Shown piece by piece: positions 38,187 to 40,889 of a stretch of 40,889 bases of DNA. Position 1 is the stretch's first letter, and every line of letters starts with the position of its first letter. The DNA comes from Chamaesiphon sp. OTE_78_metabat_374 (GTDB lineage: Bacteria; Cyanobacteriota; Cyanobacteriia; Cyanobacteriales; Chamaesiphonaceae). The notes beneath the pieces are model-generated. The model ran no database searches. It had not been told where the DNA came from and worked only from the letters and a program-made list of their open reading frames with translations. Both the position numbers and the translations under genes were made by a program. The stretch spans positions 1-40,889 of the forward strand of contig JANNBD010000221.1 in the NCBI GenBank assembly GCA_031385105.1, in the 5' to 3' direction.

Positions 38187-38239
38187 TCAAAAAAGATTGC
38201 CCCTTAATATTACGGTATTAAGGGGCAATCTTTTTTTGA
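38187..38239. terminator. bidirectional terminator between convergent genes
   Basis: AAAAAAGATTGCCCCTTAATA-TTACGG-TATTAAGGGGCAATCTTTTTT. Confidence 0.88.
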
Positions 38240-38339
38240 CTAAACTTAACTGATTTCAATGATGATATCTAAGTAGATAGTGATAACCATTCTCTTTTGG
38301 AAAGAATCCACCGACAGTTAATTATCAACTATCAACTAC

Positions 38340-38849
38340 CTATAAATCTTGCTCACTGATTTCACGAGTCATGTGATCGAATGGCGCATCAATACAGCTA
38401 GTATCTGTGGCACCAGTGGTCGCTAGTTGAGCCTTGACCAGATCCTTCATAATTTGAATCCCCCGCACTGTTGGCGCAATGGGAGTACCCAGTGAGTTGT
38501 ATGTTTCTCGCAAGCCTTGGAGTACTCTCTCATCAAGAACATTAGTATCACCTGCAACGATCGCATAGCTGGCATAGCGGAGAAAATAATCCATATCCCG
38601 CAAGCAAGCAGCATAACGTCTAGTAGTGTATGCATTGCCGCCAGGACGGATTAGTTCTGGCAATTCATCAAATAGCTGCAAACTGGTTTTCTTGACGATG
38701 GCGGCTGCATTGGCATTGATCACCCCAGCAGCAGCAATTCGCGCCGCACCAGTATTGAAATAAGATTTTAGGCTATCGATCGCATCTCGGTCTAAGTAAC
38801 GACCCGTAATATCGTAAGTTTTTATAAGATTTGTTACAGCATCCCGCAT
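38340..38849 (-). CDS. apcF: allophycocyanin beta-18 subunit
   Basis: 169 aa from ATG 38849: MRDAVTNLI..YD.TGRYLDR, LF.ELPELIRPGGNAYTTRRYAACLRDMDY with the bilin-binding Cys, and ERVLQGLRETYNSLG. Confidence 0.93.
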   Translation of the reverse strand: MRDAVTNLIKTYDITGRYLDRDAIDSLKSYFNTGAARIAAAGVINANAAAIVKKTSLQLFDELPELIRPGGNAYTTRRYAACLRDMDYFLRYASYAIVAGDTNVLDERVLQGLRETYNSLGTPIAPTVRGIQIMKDLVKAQLATTGATDTSCIDAPFDHMTREISEQDL

Positions 38850-38946
38850 GAGACAGCTCTCCCAACATAATTCTTTTATCAGTTTATCAGTATCGCAGAA
38901 GAGTACCCCCTTCAGGGATAGCCGCGTTACAATTCGCAATTGTATT

Positions 38947-39228
38947 TTAAGCTTTGATCAGATGACGGCGATCGAGACCTGCCAAGTTGCTGGCAGATTT
39001 AGTCCAGGGACGTAACCAATCAAAAGCAGTTGCTGGTTGGGAAACTAGAATAAGTTCTTCGGGGTAGCGCGGCTGGGGATCGCTAGCGAGAGTAATGGGG
39101 GGTACCATCATTGGATCGTAGGCAATGACTGTATCGATGACTCCAGGCAAATGCTTGATTTCTACTTTTTGACCTGGATGATACGTTGCCATTTCTCGCG
39201 CTTCATTCCAGATTGCTCGCTCCGCCAT
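38947..39228 (-). CDS. small hypothetical protein (start possibly 39192)
   Basis: ORF with a YDPMMVPPI.L..DP.PRYPEEL core. Confidence 0.65.
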   Translation of the reverse strand: MAERAIWNEAREMATYHPGQKVEIKHLPGVIDTVIAYDPMMVPPITLASDPQPRYPEELILVSQPATAFDWLRPWTKSASNLAGLDRRHLIKA

Positions 39229-39403
39229 TACTACGATCCCCGTTATACTACTGATTAAGTTTCCTTATCATTATGATAACGAAATTATTTACCAAAAAGA
39301 TCGGGTTCGGTTAAATACGATACTTTTTTTTAACAATTGACCCTAGTCGGCTGTGAGTTAAGGATGCTTGGTGGCTTCAGGGGTTTTGTGAAATTGCCTG
39401 ACC

Positions 39404-40147
39404 TTACAGCATTTTTTGATAACACCGTGTCGTAATGAAATAGGGATGGAAAACTTCCAGGAAATTTGATTGAAGAGTCCTGAAAAACAGGCTGACGATC
39501 TTGGGATCATCTAGATGGAATGGGAATTCTTGGTTTAGTCCTTTAGAGAAATACCAATTGGTAATCATCTTGCCTTCATTTTTGAGGATATGATGAAAAT
39601 AAAGTAGCTGTTTGCTTGGATCTGGTAGGTGTTCAATTACATCGAAACAAGTGATCGTATCAAATTTTTCGCCGGAATCTAACTCAGTGCAACAACTAAT
39701 CTTGGATTCTAGGCCTAATTCTTTAATTCGATGTTTGACAAAATTGTAATTAATTGGGTTGATATCGCAGTAAACAACGTGACTAACTTCAGAACAAAGG
39801 GCTGAAGCGATCGCATGTGTGCCAATTCCACCGCCAAAATCCAGGACTCTACCCTTTGAATTATCTGCAATTAATTTCAGGGTATCGCCAATATAATCAG
39901 TACTAGTCAAATGCCAAGTTGCTAGTTCAAATAGATAAGCTTCTCCGACTCGATCGCGATAAAATTTACTAGCATCTTCCCAATCAAAATCTCGTCGTCC
40001 TAGCTCGGCTAAATCTGCTAATGCAGTCGTGAATTTCAGATCCAATGCTGCTGGCTCAATCGCTAGAAATTGCTGCAAGTGTTGCTTTAAATTAAATGCA
40101 TCTTGCCAATAACCACTCAAATGCGGCACGATCGGAAATGTAGACAT
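39404..40147 (-). CDS. class I SAM-dependent methyltransferase
   Basis: VLDFGGGIG, YCDIN and FD.I.CFDVIEHLPDP. Confidence 0.92.
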   Translation of the reverse strand: MSTFPIVPHLSGYWQDAFNLKQHLQQFLAIEPAALDLKFTTALADLAELGRRDFDWEDASKFYRDRVGEAYLFELATWHLTSTDYIGDTLKLIADNSKGRVLDFGGGIGTHAIASALCSEVSHVVYCDINPINYNFVKHRIKELGLESKISCCTELDSGEKFDTITCFDVIEHLPDPSKQLLYFHHILKNEGKMITNWYFSKGLNQEFPFHLDDPKIVSLFFRTLQSNFLEVFHPYFITTRCYQKML

Positions 40148-40244
40148 GAGCCAAGAGTAAAGGAATAAAAGAGTGAGATTGACGCTAAATCGACAAAGCC
40201 CAGCTAACTATAACATCCAGGCTGTGCCGATCAATGAAACTTTG

Positions 40245-40889
40245 CTACGCCCGAATTCTATTGGGTAAAGCGAGTTGAGATCGATCTACTACCGATATGT
40301 CCGCAGGTACATCTTGCAGTAATACCTCGCGAATCAATCGGGCTGCCATCCGTTGAGTCAAACCACTGGCGATTTTTTGACCGAAAGATTGGGTTTCCGA
40401 TTTCATTAAGATCTGCGGAATCCGAGGTAAAACGATCGCCGGATCGAAGCCTTTAGTCTGCTGTAAGATGCTCCAAATGCGTTGGATGTTTCCTAGCCCC
40501 TCTGACAACTGTTGGGTGTTGGCTGGGGGTGTGGGTACCTTCATGCCGATCCCTTTTTGAATGGCGTGGGTGACATTTTGGAGGGTATTGTTGCCAAAAT
40601 TATCTAAACCTCGGACTATTTCATCAGCAAGGTAATCGCGAATGAAGGTGCCACGATCGGAGAGAATGAAATCTAAGGTTTGATCGATAACTTGATTTAA
40701 ATCGTACTCATCGCTGCTGCGGGCATTATTGAGCAGATTTTCCAGGCGATTCCAGCGGAAGGAACCATCTTTAAATAATAGTTCTTTGAGCGAGTTCCGT
40801 AAATCGGGCGCGGGATCTGTCAGTAACCGTTTGGCAACGTAAGGATAAGCCTTCGCGAGGACTTTAAATTCGGGATCTACAGAAATTGC
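40245..40889 (-). CDS. ABC1/AarF/UbiB kinase family protein, C-terminal part (runs off window)
   Basis: The frame is open from the window end: AISVDPEFKVLAKAYPYVAKRLLTDPAPDLRNSLKELLFKDGSFRWNRLENLL, typical of cyanobacterial/plastid ABC1 kinases. The track ORF 40245-40544 is only its tail. Confidence 0.88.
   Translation of the reverse strand, partial: AISVDPEFKVLAKAYPYVAKRLLTDPAPDLRNSLKELLFKDGSFRWNRLENLLNNARSSDEYDLNQVIDQTLDFILSDRGTFIRDYLADEIVRGLDNFGNNTLQNVTHAIQKGIGMKVPTPPANTQQLSEGLGNIQRIWSILQQTKGFDPAIVLPRIPQILMKSETQSFGQKIASGLTQRMAARLIREVLLQDVPADISVVDRSQLALPNRIRA

Noticed and set aside
38850-38939. 30-aa N-terminal extension of ApcF
   Set aside because: ATG 38849 gives the canonical 169-aa MRDA start; the extension is an ORF-caller artefact.

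Overview
This is a cyanobacterial chromosomal window. Evidence is apcF, zds, a fibrillin gene, DUF1822, and very frequent CGATCG/GCGATCGC/TCGATCGA HIP1-type sites; a Chamaesiphon-like host is a guess, not shown. Most genes are housekeeping: glgB, tRNA-fMet, zds-SRPBCC, egtC, mraY, a Ctp protease, an M16 peptidase, upp, tlyA, apcF and a partial ABC1 kinase. Four things stand out. (1) A three-gene locus at 17007-22597 encodes a sigma-70-like HTH protein, a DUF1822 protein and a membrane-anchored caspase-like CHAT protease with an intact His/Cys dyad fused to an extracytoplasmic LIV-binding-like domain. It looks like a ligand-gated proteolytic sigma-release signalling system (inference). (2) The class II ribonucleotide reductase nrdJ carries a 370-aa LAGLIDADG intein just before its catalytic Cys. 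(3) A toxin-antitoxin islet at 1063-3228 has one TA pair bracketed by two copies of the 5' end of a decayed Dam-family methyltransferase gene that the ORF track misses. (4) Many tiny mobile elements are present: a 150-bp MITE with 16-bp TIRs and a 10-bp TSD, nested palindromic repeats, and 22-27-nt SDR5-like insertions, mostly at CG^AT sites, two of them in-frame in the sigma-like and DUF1822 genes. All family calls come from motif recognition by eye; no database searches were run.
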